Assembly: GCA_020350445.1 (NCBI GenBank)
Contig: CP070717.1
Span: 3,793,904-3,857,903 of the forward strand
From: Acidobacteriota bacterium
Lineage (GTDB): Bacteria > Acidobacteriota > UBA6911 > RPQK01 > JAPXNP01
Reading direction: 5' to 3'
DNA: 64,000 nucleotides
A program made the translations under genes and the position numbers. Under the pieces are notes generated by a model. The model searched no databases, was not told where the DNA came from, and saw nothing but the letters and a program-made list of their open reading frames with translations. Positions 40,351 to 50,325 of the stretch are shown here, in pieces. Each line of letters starts with the position of its first letter. Position 1 is the first letter of the stretch.

Positions 40351-41670
40351 TTGATGGTTGAGAACAGTGACAGCAAGGATGATGTGAGTCGTTCGAACCT
40401 CTTGAAGCTGGAAGACTGGTGGGCCGTCTGGATTGGTGGGGGGCTTCTTCTGATCTGTGTCCTGGTGCCCGGGCTTACGATTCCCAAGGTCGGGAAGTGG
40501 TTGACGTCTCCATTCGAAGTGGTCAGCCCCGAGCTCGTGGTTGGCATTCTGATCCTGGGTCTGTTCCTGGCCCTTTTCCTTTCGGTCGGGACCTGGATTA
40601 TGGACTCCGTTGTCTGGACATTCCTGAGAGGCTTCTGGCTGGTCTTCCTGATCGCCGTGGTGTCCTACATTGTGGCTGAACAGCGGGCGATTGCCGCCAA
40701 GGGATTGGGGTACGCCCTCTGGGCCCTCCTGATCGGCCTGCTGGTCTCGAACACGGTCGGTGTCCCGGAATGGCTCCGGGGAGGTCTGAGGAGTGAGTTG
40801 TTCATCAAGATCGGCCTGGTTCTTCTGGGTGCCGAAATCCTGTTTGGGAATATCCTGGTATTGGGCCTTCCTGGTCTCTTCGTTGCCTGGCTGGTGACTC
40901 CGGTTGTCATCATCACCATGTTCTGGTTTGGCACACGGGTTCTCCGGATGTCGAGCAAGGCCCTGGTCATCGTCGTGGCTGCGGCCACTTCCGTCTGTGG
41001 GGTGTCGGCCGCGATTGCCGCGGCCGCTGCTTCGAGGGCGAAGAAGGAAGAACTGACCCTGGCGGTGGGCATGACGCTGATCTTTACCGTCCTGATGATG
41101 GTGGGAATGCCGCTCCTGGTGAAGACTTCGGGAATGGATGCCGTGGTGGGGGCCGCCTGGATTGGAGGGACGGTCGATGCCACGGGTGCCGTGGTTGCCG
41201 CCGGTTCCATGCTCGGTGAACGGGCCGAACAGGTCGCTGCCGTAGTGAAGATGATCCAGAACATCCTGATTGGAGTGGTGGCCTTCTTCATCGCGCTGTT
41301 CTGGGTGGCGCGGGTCGAACGGGAGCCATCCGGGCGGAGACCCGATGCCATGGAGGTCTGGCGGCGGTTTCCGAAATTCATCGTCGGATTCCTGGCCGCT
41401 TCGTTGATCTTCTCGTTCCTTTTGGAGCCCACGATGGGCTCAGATGCAGTCAGGGGAATCCTCGCCCAGTCAAAGGCCTTGAGGGGATGGTTCTTCTGCC
41501 TGGCATTCGTCAGTATCGGCCTGGAATCGAACTTCGTCGAACTCAAAAAGCAGATGGCGGGGGGCAAGCCGATCCAGCTCTATATCGTCGGCCAGAGCTT
41601 CAACCTGGTTTTGACTCTCCTGGCGGCTTATCTCGCTTTCGGGGGGATTCTTTTCGCCCTTGATTTCTGA
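40351..41670 (+). CDS. Integral membrane protein, YeiH/UPF0324-like (putative sulfate-exporter family)
   Basis: 439 aa with about 10-11 TM helices and Gly/Ala-rich helices (AAATSVCGVSAAIAAAAAS) reminiscent of the YeiH family. Assignment is tentative. Confidence 0.4.
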   Translation: MMVENSDSKDDVSRSNLLKLEDWWAVWIGGGLLLICVLVPGLTIPKVGKWLTSPFEVVSPELVVGILILGLFLALFLSVGTWIMDSVVWTFLRGFWLVFLIAVVSYIVAEQRAIAAKGLGYALWALLIGLLVSNTVGVPEWLRGGLRSELFIKIGLVLLGAEILFGNILVLGLPGLFVAWLVTPVVIITMFWFGTRVLRMSSKALVIVVAAATSVCGVSAAIAAAAASRAKKEELTLAVGMTLIFTVLMMVGMPLLVKTSGMDAVVGAAWIGGTVDATGAVVAAGSMLGERAEQVAAVVKMIQNILIGVVAFFIALFWVARVEREPSGRRPDAMEVWRRFPKFIVGFLAASLIFSFLLEPTMGSDAVRGILAQSKALRGWFFCLAFVSIGLESNFVELKKQMAGGKPIQLYIVGQSFNLVLTLLAAYLAFGGILFALDF

Positions 41671-41715
41671 GTCGGGAAGGATGCAAAGTCGAACGTCCCA
41701 GGGAAGAGGGAGTGA

Positions 41716-41988
41716 ATGACTGAGATTGTGGCGGGGACAGGGCAATTGAACGACAGGACACTGTTGTCGAGGGTGGGCTACCTCCTGTTTGGATTCCTCC
41801 TGCTCGGTGGATTCATCCTCCTGCTCGCGATCCCGGTATCGTGGCCGGGAGCCTGGGGAGAGACGTTTGACCACAATTTCGAGACGGGTCGGACAGCATC
41901 CAGCCTCTTCTACACGGAAGTCGAGGGTTACTGGGAGCTCGAAGCGGCTCTGAAGAAAGACGTGGTGGACGGCTCGATTAACCGGTAG
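41716..41988 (+). CDS. Small hypothetical membrane protein (one TM helix)
   Basis: 90-aa ORF with a hydrophobic segment LLFGFLLLGGFILLLAIPV. No recognisable family. Confidence 0.3.
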   Translation: MTEIVAGTGQLNDRTLLSRVGYLLFGFLLLGGFILLLAIPVSWPGAWGETFDHNFETGRTASSLFYTEVEGYWELEAALKKDVVDGSINR

Positions 41989-42379
41989 AGAACTCAATAT
42001 CGATCTGAGGGGGACTGGTCAGCGTGTTGTGGATGGGGCAGTCCCGCACGACCCGGGCCAGCGCTGAGACACGGTTCGGTGGAAATCCTTCCGGCAGGTC
42101 AACATCAACTATGATGGTTTTGATCCGCCTGGCACCGGTGTCGGGCAGTTCGAAGGTCAGACAGATTTCCAGCCCTTCAGTGCTGCAGCCGACAGTCTGA
42201 CAGTAGCGGGCAACTGTCATTCCGATGCAGGTCCCGAGTGAGCCGACGAGCATCTCGGTGGGACTCGGACCTCGATCCTTCCCTCCATCGGAATGGGAAT
42301 AGTCAACAGATAGCTGATGCTGGCGAACCCGAATCGTGAAATGTGGGGCCTCGACGGGCTCCACGCAGATCAAATCCAT
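41978..42379 (-). CDS. OsmC/Ohr-family protein
   Basis: 133 aa with the OsmC-like pattern including the paired Cys region (GSLGTCIGMTV … DCPIHNTL). Confidence 0.7.
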   Translation of the reverse strand: MDLICVEPVEAPHFTIRVRQHQLSVDYSHSDGGKDRGPSPTEMLVGSLGTCIGMTVARYCQTVGCSTEGLEICLTFELPDTGARRIKTIIVDVDLPEGFPPNRVSALARVVRDCPIHNTLTSPPQIDIEFSTG

Positions 42380-42418
42380 TACAGGCCTCCCGGACGCTGT
42401 ATCCGTTAAGTCAGTCTT

Positions 42419-43582
42419 CTACCGCCTTCTACCCATTTGCTCCGCATAGGTCATCGCCAGGGTTCTGTAGATCGCATGGGAGAACTTGGAGAAAGGCAGG
42501 TAGATCAAAAGCATGAAGGCCAGGATCAGGTGTATGAAGTAGACGGTGTATCCGGCGGTCACGGATTCGGCGAAACGCAGACCCTCGGTCACCAACCCGG
42601 TGACACCGACGAGAAAGAGGATTCCAAGAAACAGCCAGTCAAACTCGGTACTTCGCCCCATCGTCTTGGTATTGGCAATCCGCTCAACCATCGCGATCAG
42701 GCATCCCGCTACCAGGGCCAGGGCTCCAAGGTTCGCAATGATCTTCGCCGGGTCCCAGAAGGAGAAGGGGTAGGGAAGTGGAGTCTCCATGAAGGGATTG
42801 AGAACGTAGAGCAGGACAACGGCCCAGGTCGAGACCAGGAAAAGAGCCAGAAAACCGTAGAAGATCCCGAGGTGGGCCCGTTTCCGAGTGGCGGTGACCG
42901 TGCAGCCGCCAAACCGCTTGTGGGTGAGGAAATCCATAACCACGGTCAGGAAACTGGACAGGAGCGACTTGCTGGGGGCCTGTTCCGTTTGGAGGAGGTC
43001 CGACCGTTTGACTGCCCGCCAGAAACGGAGCCCTCCCAGGGCGACACTGACCAGCGAGAGTATCAGGAATGATGTGAAGAATCCGATCAGCAGCCAGTGG
43101 GGGAATAGGTTGGCATACTGCATTCCTGGGCCGTGATCCGAGGAGATTCCCAGCAGGGCGGCGAGCGGATCTCTGACCAGCAGTGCCAGCAGGAGGAGGA
43201 CGGCGGGGATCAGTATGAGTACTGGTAAGAAACCGGCCCGGTTCATCCAGGCACCCAGAAACTGCGGAGTAGCGTAGTGCCAGACCGCCTGCCGGCGGAT
43301 GGCGGAAAGAATCGTGCCCGGACTTGCCCCACGGGGGCATCTAGCGGAGCAATCTCCACAGTTGTGACAGAGCCAGATATCGGGATCGCCCAAGAGCCGG
43401 TTCTTGAGTCCCCACTGACTCCAAATGACTTCCTTTCTCGGGAACGGATTCTCCGCAGGGGACAGTTCGCAAACCGCCGAGCAGGTCGCGCACTGCATAC
43501 ACTTGAAGACATCCTCGCCACCCAGTTCAATAATCTGGTTCGTGAAGGCGATGTCAGGCTGAATCAGTACAGCATTACTCAT
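42419..43582 (-). CDS. qmoC: QmoC (ferredoxin domain fused to an HdrE/NarI-like membrane heme-b domain)
   Basis: N-terminal 2x[4Fe-4S] motifs (CMQCATCSAVCE, CHNCGDCSARCP) followed by 5-6 TM helices with conserved His. 387 aa. Lies downstream of qmoAB. Confidence 0.85.
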   Translation of the reverse strand: MSNAVLIQPDIAFTNQIIELGGEDVFKCMQCATCSAVCELSPAENPFPRKEVIWSQWGLKNRLLGDPDIWLCHNCGDCSARCPRGASPGTILSAIRRQAVWHYATPQFLGAWMNRAGFLPVLILIPAVLLLLALLVRDPLAALLGISSDHGPGMQYANLFPHWLLIGFFTSFLILSLVSVALGGLRFWRAVKRSDLLQTEQAPSKSLLSSFLTVVMDFLTHKRFGGCTVTATRKRAHLGIFYGFLALFLVSTWAVVLLYVLNPFMETPLPYPFSFWDPAKIIANLGALALVAGCLIAMVERIANTKTMGRSTEFDWLFLGILFLVGVTGLVTEGLRFAESVTAGYTVYFIHLILAFMLLIYLPFSKFSHAIYRTLAMTYAEQMGRRR

Positions 43583-43609
43583 GGTCTGTTACTCCCTCTG
43601 AGCTGGTCG

Positions 43610-45850
43610 TCAGAAGCCTTTGAACGGGTTCAAGCCGATCTCCTCGATTTCGTCGGCAAAGGCATTGATGATTTCGGGGAGTCGGTTGTAGTCAGCAATC
43701 GTGAGCTCTTCGAGCCGGACCCGTTCTTCTTCGAGTGCCAACTGGGTGAGCTTTTCGCGGACATTCTTGCCCCGGATGCCCATGATTTCGCTTCCCTTGA
43801 TGAAATGGCACTGGTAATGGTCTCCCGACTGACACCCAACGAGCAGTACGCCGTCGAATCCGCGGGAAAGGGCGTCTGCAATCCAGATCGTGTTGACCGA
43901 TCCGAGACAGCGGACCGGGATGAACCGGATAAAGGTGCTGAACCGCCTGCGCAGGATGCCGGCAGTGTCGAGGGCCGGATAGGCGTCGTTCTCGCAGATG
44001 AGACCGAGAATCCGTGGTTTTTCATCAAATTCATCGGGGATCTCGACCGCCTTGATCATCGACGAGACGATATCGATCGAGTAGTTCTTGAAAGAAATCA
44101 CCCGCTCGGGACAGGCTCCCAGGCAGATTCCACAGCGACGGCAGCGGGCAGGATTGGGCTTTGGGGTACCCTTTTCGTCTTCGTTGAGGACCCCGAATGG
44201 GCACTCCTCCGTGCACCGTTTGCACTGAGTACATCGCTGGAATGAGAATTCGGGAAAGGACATATCGTCCCAGCGTGGATGGACGGCCTTTCCCTGCGAG
44301 CCGAGCTCTACCGACTGAATCGCCTTGAGGGCGGCGGCGGTTCCATCACTGATTGCACCCTCGAAGTCTGTCGGAGCCTTAGCGCATCCGGCCAGGTAGA
44401 TCCCGGTTCTCCTCGATTCGTAGGGGAAACAGATGAAGTGGGAATCGGGAAAGCCATGCTGTAGTGTCGGGGTGTCCGGACCCTGGCGGTAGTTGAGATT
44501 CAAAACGCTCTCCAGGTCCAGTTGTTTGAGTTCTTCGAGTGTCGCCTTTGCTGTTTCGAGCTTGACGCCCTTCTCACCGCGGTCGATGACCGCCTGAGCA
44601 TCCCTCTGGCGTCGAATCACCTCGCCGTCGCTCACCCGTGGAACCATCCCGGTGGCCAGGACAACCAGATCGACATCGACGAGGATCTTCTCGCCCAACA
44701 TCGACTGGTCGACTTCGATCCTCAGGCGGCCGTCTTCTCGAGGCGTCACTCCGGCAACCTCGCCCTTTGCAAAGAGGATCCCTTTTAGTTCCTGCGCCCT
44801 TCGATAGAGGTCTTCGTACTGCGCCGGCGTGCGAATATCCTTGTAGAAGATCATCGTTTGAGTGTCGGGCAGCTTCTCGCGCAGCTGGATGGCCTGTTTG
44901 ATGGAGACTCTGCAGCAGACAGCCGAACAATAGGGAAGATGATTCGGATCCCGTGATCCGGCACACTGGATAAAGGCGATTTGGCGAATCGGTTTTCCAT
45001 CCGAGGGTCGAACCAGTTGGGGTTTGTTGAGCAGATCCTCCATTTCGATGTTGGTAACAATGTCGGGCGACTTCCCGTAAGAGAGGTGCTCGATTCGCGA
45101 AGCATCGTACGGCTTCCAGCCGGTCGCTTGAACAACTGCGCCGACTCGACTCACCCGGGTGGTACCGTTGGTACGCAGGCTGATATCGAACTGGCCGGGT
45201 TGTCCTTCGATGGAGGCGACGGTCGTCGAGGTCAAGACTTCGATGTTGGGATGGTCCAGCACACTCTTCAGGTCGCCGTTGAGGTTGGTTGCAGCGAGAC
45301 CACCATAGGGCGGTGAGTGTCTGAACTGGACCGGGAACCTCCGTTTCCAGCCACCAAGCTCAGCTTCCTTTTCCACGAGAATCGCCTTGAAGCCGGCTCG
45401 GGCCGATTCGAGAGCGGCCTTCATTCCACTGGTTCCTCCTCCGATGATCAGGATCGTCTTTTCGACATCCAGTGTGAAAGGATCAGGCAGGGCCGTCCTT
45501 TCCGCCCGGGCGATTCCCATTCTCAGGTAATCTTCCGCCATCATCTGGGTGTCTTCATCATTGGCTTCATGCGTCCAGACCACTTGCTCACGGAGGTTGA
45601 CCCGTTCCACGAGGCAGCCGGGGAGGTTGAACTGTTCGCTCTTGAATCGTGGGGAACAGGCGCCCAGAACGAGGGTATTGACACCGTCTCGGATGTGATC
45701 CTCGAGGGTCCGGACCCCGTCTGAGCGGCAGAGGCAGGGGTGGGTTTTACAGGCATAGGTTCCGCAGACGCCCGCCAGAGCGTCAAGATCCAGCGAGGTT
45801 CCAATCTCACAGCCTTCGCACAAATAGACAGCGATCTTCTTCTGATCCAT
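43610..45850 (-). CDS. qmoB: QmoB (HdrA-like flavoprotein with MvhD-like domain)
   Basis: 746 aa with FAD motif IIGGGTSGMKAALESA, ferredoxin-like Cys clusters (CTQCKRCTEECP, CRRCGICLGACP) and a C-terminal MvhD-like segment (VRCLGSV…LLVGCQSGDHYQCHF). Confidence 0.85.
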   Translation of the reverse strand: MDQKKIAVYLCEGCEIGTSLDLDALAGVCGTYACKTHPCLCRSDGVRTLEDHIRDGVNTLVLGACSPRFKSEQFNLPGCLVERVNLREQVVWTHEANDEDTQMMAEDYLRMGIARAERTALPDPFTLDVEKTILIIGGGTSGMKAALESARAGFKAILVEKEAELGGWKRRFPVQFRHSPPYGGLAATNLNGDLKSVLDHPNIEVLTSTTVASIEGQPGQFDISLRTNGTTRVSRVGAVVQATGWKPYDASRIEHLSYGKSPDIVTNIEMEDLLNKPQLVRPSDGKPIRQIAFIQCAGSRDPNHLPYCSAVCCRVSIKQAIQLREKLPDTQTMIFYKDIRTPAQYEDLYRRAQELKGILFAKGEVAGVTPREDGRLRIEVDQSMLGEKILVDVDLVVLATGMVPRVSDGEVIRRQRDAQAVIDRGEKGVKLETAKATLEELKQLDLESVLNLNYRQGPDTPTLQHGFPDSHFICFPYESRRTGIYLAGCAKAPTDFEGAISDGTAAALKAIQSVELGSQGKAVHPRWDDMSFPEFSFQRCTQCKRCTEECPFGVLNEDEKGTPKPNPARCRRCGICLGACPERVISFKNYSIDIVSSMIKAVEIPDEFDEKPRILGLICENDAYPALDTAGILRRRFSTFIRFIPVRCLGSVNTIWIADALSRGFDGVLLVGCQSGDHYQCHFIKGSEIMGIRGKNVREKLTQLALEEERVRLEELTIADYNRLPEIINAFADEIEEIGLNPFKGF

Positions 45851-45853
45851 GAT

Positions 45854-47104
45854 TTAACCTCGAACGACTTGGACGGCTTTCATGGCTGCTGCCGTCGCGT
45901 CACGGACAGCTTCAGCGACACCCACAGGCCGGCGGACACACCCGGCCGGAAAGATGGCAGATTCCTCTGCGTTCTCGACGACTAGGAAACCATGCTCATC
46001 GGCAGCGAGATTTCCGCTCAGCCGGGGAACCTGCGGAACCATCCCCGTTGCCAGGATCACCAGGTCGACAGGCTGCTGGATGCGCCGGCCGGTCAGCACG
46101 TTCTCGGCTTCGACGACAATCCGGGATTCTCCATTCCGGGGATAAACCTTTCCAACCTTACCTTTGACAAGGTGCAGCAGGGGATCCTGCTGGGCTTCAA
46201 GGTAGAAGTCCTCCATTCGACCTGGTGCCCTGAGATCGATGTAGAAGAGATAGATCTCCGCTTTGGGATACTGTTGCCGGATATAGCGGACCTGTTTGAG
46301 CGAGGCCAGGCAGCAGACAGAGGAGCAGTGTCGAAGGTAGTTCTCGTCGCGGGATCCGGCACACTGGATGAAGGCAGCTGACTCGATTGGCTCTTGATCG
46401 GAAGGGCGGAGAATCTGTCCCCCAGTCGGGCCATCGGGTGCAGCCAGACGCTCAAGTTCGACGTTGGTGATGACGTTGGGGTTCGACGCGTAGCCAAGGT
46501 TGTCAATCTTTTCGGGAGGGTAGGGCCTCCAACCCGTCGCCAGGACCACGGAATCGATCTCGATTTCAAATGTCTCAGGCTGCATCTTCAGATCGACCGC
46601 ATCATTGGGACATTCGGCGATGCACTGGCTGCACTCCTCTCCCAGGCAGTCAATCGGATCAATAGTGAAGATCGGCGGATACGCTGCGGGAGAAGGGAAG
46701 TAGATGGCCCTCGTCTGGCTCAGGCCATAGTTGAAAGGGTCGGGCCGTCGGACCGGGCAGAACGGGATACAGGCCCCGCAGGCGGTGCACTGGTCAGTGA
46801 CAAAGCGGGGCGACCGGGTGATCGAGACGGTGTAGTTCCCCGGTTCTCCTGAAATGCTGTGGACCTCGGATTGTGTGTAACAGGTGATCTTCGAGTTGTT
46901 CCTGAGCTGTCGAAAGTTAATCTCGAGGCCACAGGATGGAGGACAGAGTTTCGGAAAATAGAGGTTCATCTGAGAGACACGACCGCCCAGGTAGGGCTGC
47001 TTCTCGATCAGGACCACCTCCGCTCCCGCTTGAGAAGCTTCCACGGCGGCGGAAATCCCGGCGATCCCGCCCCCTACGACGAGCACGCGTTTACTACTAC
47101 CCAT
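45854..47104 (-). CDS. qmoA: QmoA (HdrA-like FAD flavoprotein)
   Basis: 416 aa with N-terminal VLVVGGGIAGISAAVEASQAG and HdrA-type Cys motifs (CTACGACIPFCP). Immediately upstream of qmoB. Confidence 0.85.
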   Translation of the reverse strand: MGSSKRVLVVGGGIAGISAAVEASQAGAEVVLIEKQPYLGGRVSQMNLYFPKLCPPSCGLEINFRQLRNNSKITCYTQSEVHSISGEPGNYTVSITRSPRFVTDQCTACGACIPFCPVRRPDPFNYGLSQTRAIYFPSPAAYPPIFTIDPIDCLGEECSQCIAECPNDAVDLKMQPETFEIEIDSVVLATGWRPYPPEKIDNLGYASNPNVITNVELERLAAPDGPTGGQILRPSDQEPIESAAFIQCAGSRDENYLRHCSSVCCLASLKQVRYIRQQYPKAEIYLFYIDLRAPGRMEDFYLEAQQDPLLHLVKGKVGKVYPRNGESRIVVEAENVLTGRRIQQPVDLVILATGMVPQVPRLSGNLAADEHGFLVVENAEESAIFPAGCVRRPVGVAEAVRDATAAAMKAVQVVRG

Positions 47105-47150
47105 AGCGTCTTACACCCCAAATAGCCAGTTGGCAGCGGTTCCGGCCGCT

Positions 47151-47999
47151 TCAACGTGAATAGGATTTACTGGTCACTTCGGTTTTCTGTCGGACACTCT
47201 TGCGCACCTCGCGCCGGATCTCGACGGTGTCTTCGCCGAAAAGGCAGAAGCGAAGCCATCGGTAACCCAGGCGCAGGAGGGCTCGATCCTCCCTGCGGGC
47301 CTCTTCTACCGTCACCTCATCGATGGAGAATTTCTGCAGGAAGGTGCTTTCAAAGACGAAACGACGGAACTTGTCCAGGTCGTAGAGCACCATCACCAGC
47401 ATGTTCATCTTCGACGGCTCGAGTTGCCCCCCGTCGAGGAAAAAAGGATGCAAACTGATCTGCTTGAAGTCCTCTCCGTGGAACTCATACTTCTCCGCCC
47501 CCTGGTTTCTGATCCATTCCCGAATGGTCTGCCGGGTGTTGGACGAATGCCCTTCGCAGGGATCCTCTTCGATAAGGAAGAAGAAGGGTTCATCCGTCTC
47601 CTCTCCCGGAGAGGCCAGTCCAACGGGATACATCCGGCAAGCCCAGGGGCGGTCGCTGTAGACCAAACATCCTTCCGGGCGCACGAATGGACAGCTTCTT
47701 CGCTCATCATTCTGCATCCGGAGTAGAACCACGGGGAACTTCTGCTGAGCGGAGAAGGGAAGGATCGTGTACCGGTCGAGGAACTCGGTCGATGAGATCT
47801 TCAAGCCGGTCCGGAGGCGGAGGACATCGTAAGGAGTCAGCGCGATGTTGACATCGGCGCAGCACTGATTGAAACAGCCGAGACCAGGCTTGCATTGAAA
47901 GTCAAAAGCATCAGATTCCTTGAATCTGGGTGCGTCTTCGAGAATTGAGAGTGGAAACTGAGTCGTTGAATCATTCATCGGGCTGTTCATCTTCCTCAA
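47151..47999 (-). CDS. YkgJ/UPF0153-like Cys-cluster protein (CxxCxxCC putative Fe-S or zinc chelating domain)
   Basis: Motif CKPGLGCFNQCCADV near the N-terminus plus a second Cys group (CPFVRPEGCLVY…CRMYP). 282 aa. Lies between aprA and qmoA. Confidence 0.45.
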   Translation of the reverse strand: MRKMNSPMNDSTTQFPLSILEDAPRFKESDAFDFQCKPGLGCFNQCCADVNIALTPYDVLRLRTGLKISSTEFLDRYTILPFSAQQKFPVVLLRMQNDERRSCPFVRPEGCLVYSDRPWACRMYPVGLASPGEETDEPFFFLIEEDPCEGHSSNTRQTIREWIRNQGAEKYEFHGEDFKQISLHPFFLDGGQLEPSKMNMLVMVLYDLDKFRRFVFESTFLQKFSIDEVTVEEARREDRALLRLGYRWLRFCLFGEDTVEIRREVRKSVRQKTEVTSKSYSR

Positions 48000-48312
48000 G
48001 AATGAATTCTCGGAGCGCCGTTGCCGACCAGACCGGTAAGGGGCCGGACGTCCCGGTGCGCGGATTGAACCTCAGCCGGTAGGATGCAGAGACATCGAAC
48101 TTCTCGCGCATCCTCTGCCAACCCCGAACGAAATAGGGACACTCGTCATTGAAACAGACGTAGAACCTCTCGGGTTTCCAGGCTGAATCGGGAGGAGGTA
48201 TCCAGGCGGTTAGTTTTTCAGAGCAGTGTGGACAAGTCGGAACTTCCCCTTCCATTTCCTCTCCCTCGGGACGCATTTCCCAGGACTCAACGGCGTGGGA
48301 TGTTGAGACCAT
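47971..48312 (-). CDS. Small hypothetical protein with a four-Cys zinc-ribbon-like motif
   Basis: CPHC … CFNDECP arrangement and an acidic C-terminus. Overlaps the start of the downstream ykgJ-like ORF. Coding status uncertain. Confidence 0.3.
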   Translation of the reverse strand: MVSTSHAVESWEMRPEGEEMEGEVPTCPHCSEKLTAWIPPPDSAWKPERFYVCFNDECPYFVRGWQRMREKFDVSASYRLRFNPRTGTSGPLPVWSATALREFILEEDEQPDE

Positions 48313-48371
48313 CCCCGGATGAGAAGCCGCCCCGTCCTGGAAGACGGGGCGGTAGACGATGAACGCGGTGC

Positions 48372-50248
48372 TTATGGAACCAGTTCGATGATCGGACGCT
48401 TGATCATCTCCCAGGTGCCCTTGCCCGGATCATACTTGCAGTTGACGAAGACCTTCCAGTCGTCCTGCATCTTTGGCTGGTCGGTCCTGAAGTAGTAACC
48501 GGGCCACCGGGTTTCCTGCCGGAAGAGAATACTCCGGACATGGGCTTCGGCCTGCCACATCCGGTGGATGTTCTCCCAACAGCGCATCAACTCATGCAGA
48601 TCCTCGGCCGCGAGCTTCTTCGAGTCCTCGCGGAGGAAGTCGAGCAGGCTCAAACCCTTTTCCAGCAACGTGGCACTCGTCTTGAAGGCGCTCGAGACAC
48701 CACCGGCATACTCATCCATGATCTTCTGCAACCGGAACATGAACTGCTTCGGTCGAATGTACTCAGGGTTGATATCCGGGTCGGTACTCTTGCCGCTGAA
48801 TTCATCGAACAGTGCCACCGGGGCCAGAACCTGGGCCTTGAGTTGTTCGACATCGGGCGATGCCTCAGTTAGAGCGGCACCCTGCTCGACAATGTAGCGG
48901 ACTGCTGACTTCGCGGCAATCCGCCCCTCGGCGTGGGAGCCCGAAGAGAACTTGTGACTCGAAGCACCCGAGGCGTCACCGGCGCAAAAGACTCCGGCTG
49001 TCGTCGCCATGTTGCAGTAGCCCCACTTGTACTCCTCAGGAGCCATGTCTTCGGGACCGCTGACCCAGGCGCCCGAGGCACCGGAATGGGAGCCGATGAA
49101 GTACGGTTCCGCTGCAGCGATTTCAGAAGGCTTCTCATCGGGTGCGACATTCGTCGCCGCCCAGAGAATGGCTTGTGAAATGGTCATATCGAGGAAGTCT
49201 TCCCAGGCTTCCGACTCCAACTCCTTGAGCTTTCTCTTCCGCTTCTTCTCATCCGGCTCGGCGGTCGACAGATTCTCGATCGCTTCGGCCGTCTGCATGA
49301 AGATCGGGCCCTTGCCTTCGTCCACATCGAGCATCATCAGGTAATTGCGGAGGTTGGCCGGAACCGGTTTGACCTTTCCATAAGGGACCCAGTTCTCCAA
49401 CTCAGGCCGGCGGGTCTCCATGTAGTTCTCACCGAGTGCGTTCGTCGCCGAGACTTGAAGAGAAGGAACCAGGCTCCAACGGGACCGTAGGCATCCTTGA
49501 AACGGACCGGGATGAACCGGACTTCCTGGCAGGTCATCTCGGCACCTGCCTGGATCGTGAAGTAGGCACTGGATCCAGAATTCCAGGGTGGGTACCAGGC
49601 TCGGCCCAGTCCTTCACCCGAGGACCTGGGCTTGAAGACGTGAACGGCACCGCCCATGGCGACCAGCGTCGCCTTCGCCTTGAATACGTAGAACTTGTTC
49701 TCCCGGACGCTGAAACCGATCGCGCCGGCACAGCGGTTTCCTTCCATCAAGGGGCCGACAATAAAGATGCGCTCGTAAATGTTGTCCAGGCCGATCGCGT
49801 TCTTTGCCGCTTCGGCGACAACGACCTTATAGGATTCGCCGTTGATCATGAGCTGCCAACGGCCTTCGTGGACGTACTTGCCCTCCTCGTCGGTCCAGAT
49901 CGGCAGTCCCCACTTTTCGAAGAGATGGACCGACGAATCGACGTGGCGCGCAATATTGGCAACCAGGTCTTCGCGGGTGATGCCCATCAGGTCATTCTTG
50001 ACGTAACGGACATAGTCTTCGAGCGTGTTTTCTCCGTCTTTGAGCCCGACATACTGGTTAATGGCTGAAAGTCCCATGGCCACGGCGCCGCTTCGATCCA
50101 CGGCGGCCTTGTCGACCAGGGTTACGGTGAGATTGTGCTTCTTGGCCCAGTAGGCAGCCTCCACAGCTGCGCCGCAAGCGGCCATTCCTCCGCCGACGAT
50201 TAGCAGGTCGGTACGGACTTCTACAGTTTCAAAATCGGCAACTTTCAT
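48372..50248 (-). pseudogene. aprA: Adenylylsulfate (APS) reductase alpha subunit aprA, interrupted by an apparent 1-bp frameshift near 49450
   Basis: ORF 49337-50248 encodes the AprA N-terminus (FAD motif DLLIVGGGMAACGAA … GPVGAWFLLFK). ORF 48372-49421 in another frame encodes the rest (…VSATNALGENYMETRRPELENW… to the C-terminus). The two frames join between the FK and VSATN codons, around plus-strand gagacttgaag. Confidence 0.75.
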
Positions 50249-50325
50249 GTGAAACTCTCCTCATCAAAGACAACCCTGCAGTCCTGCAGGACAGTCAGAT
50301 TCCCTCTCGAGATAGGCCATTGGAC

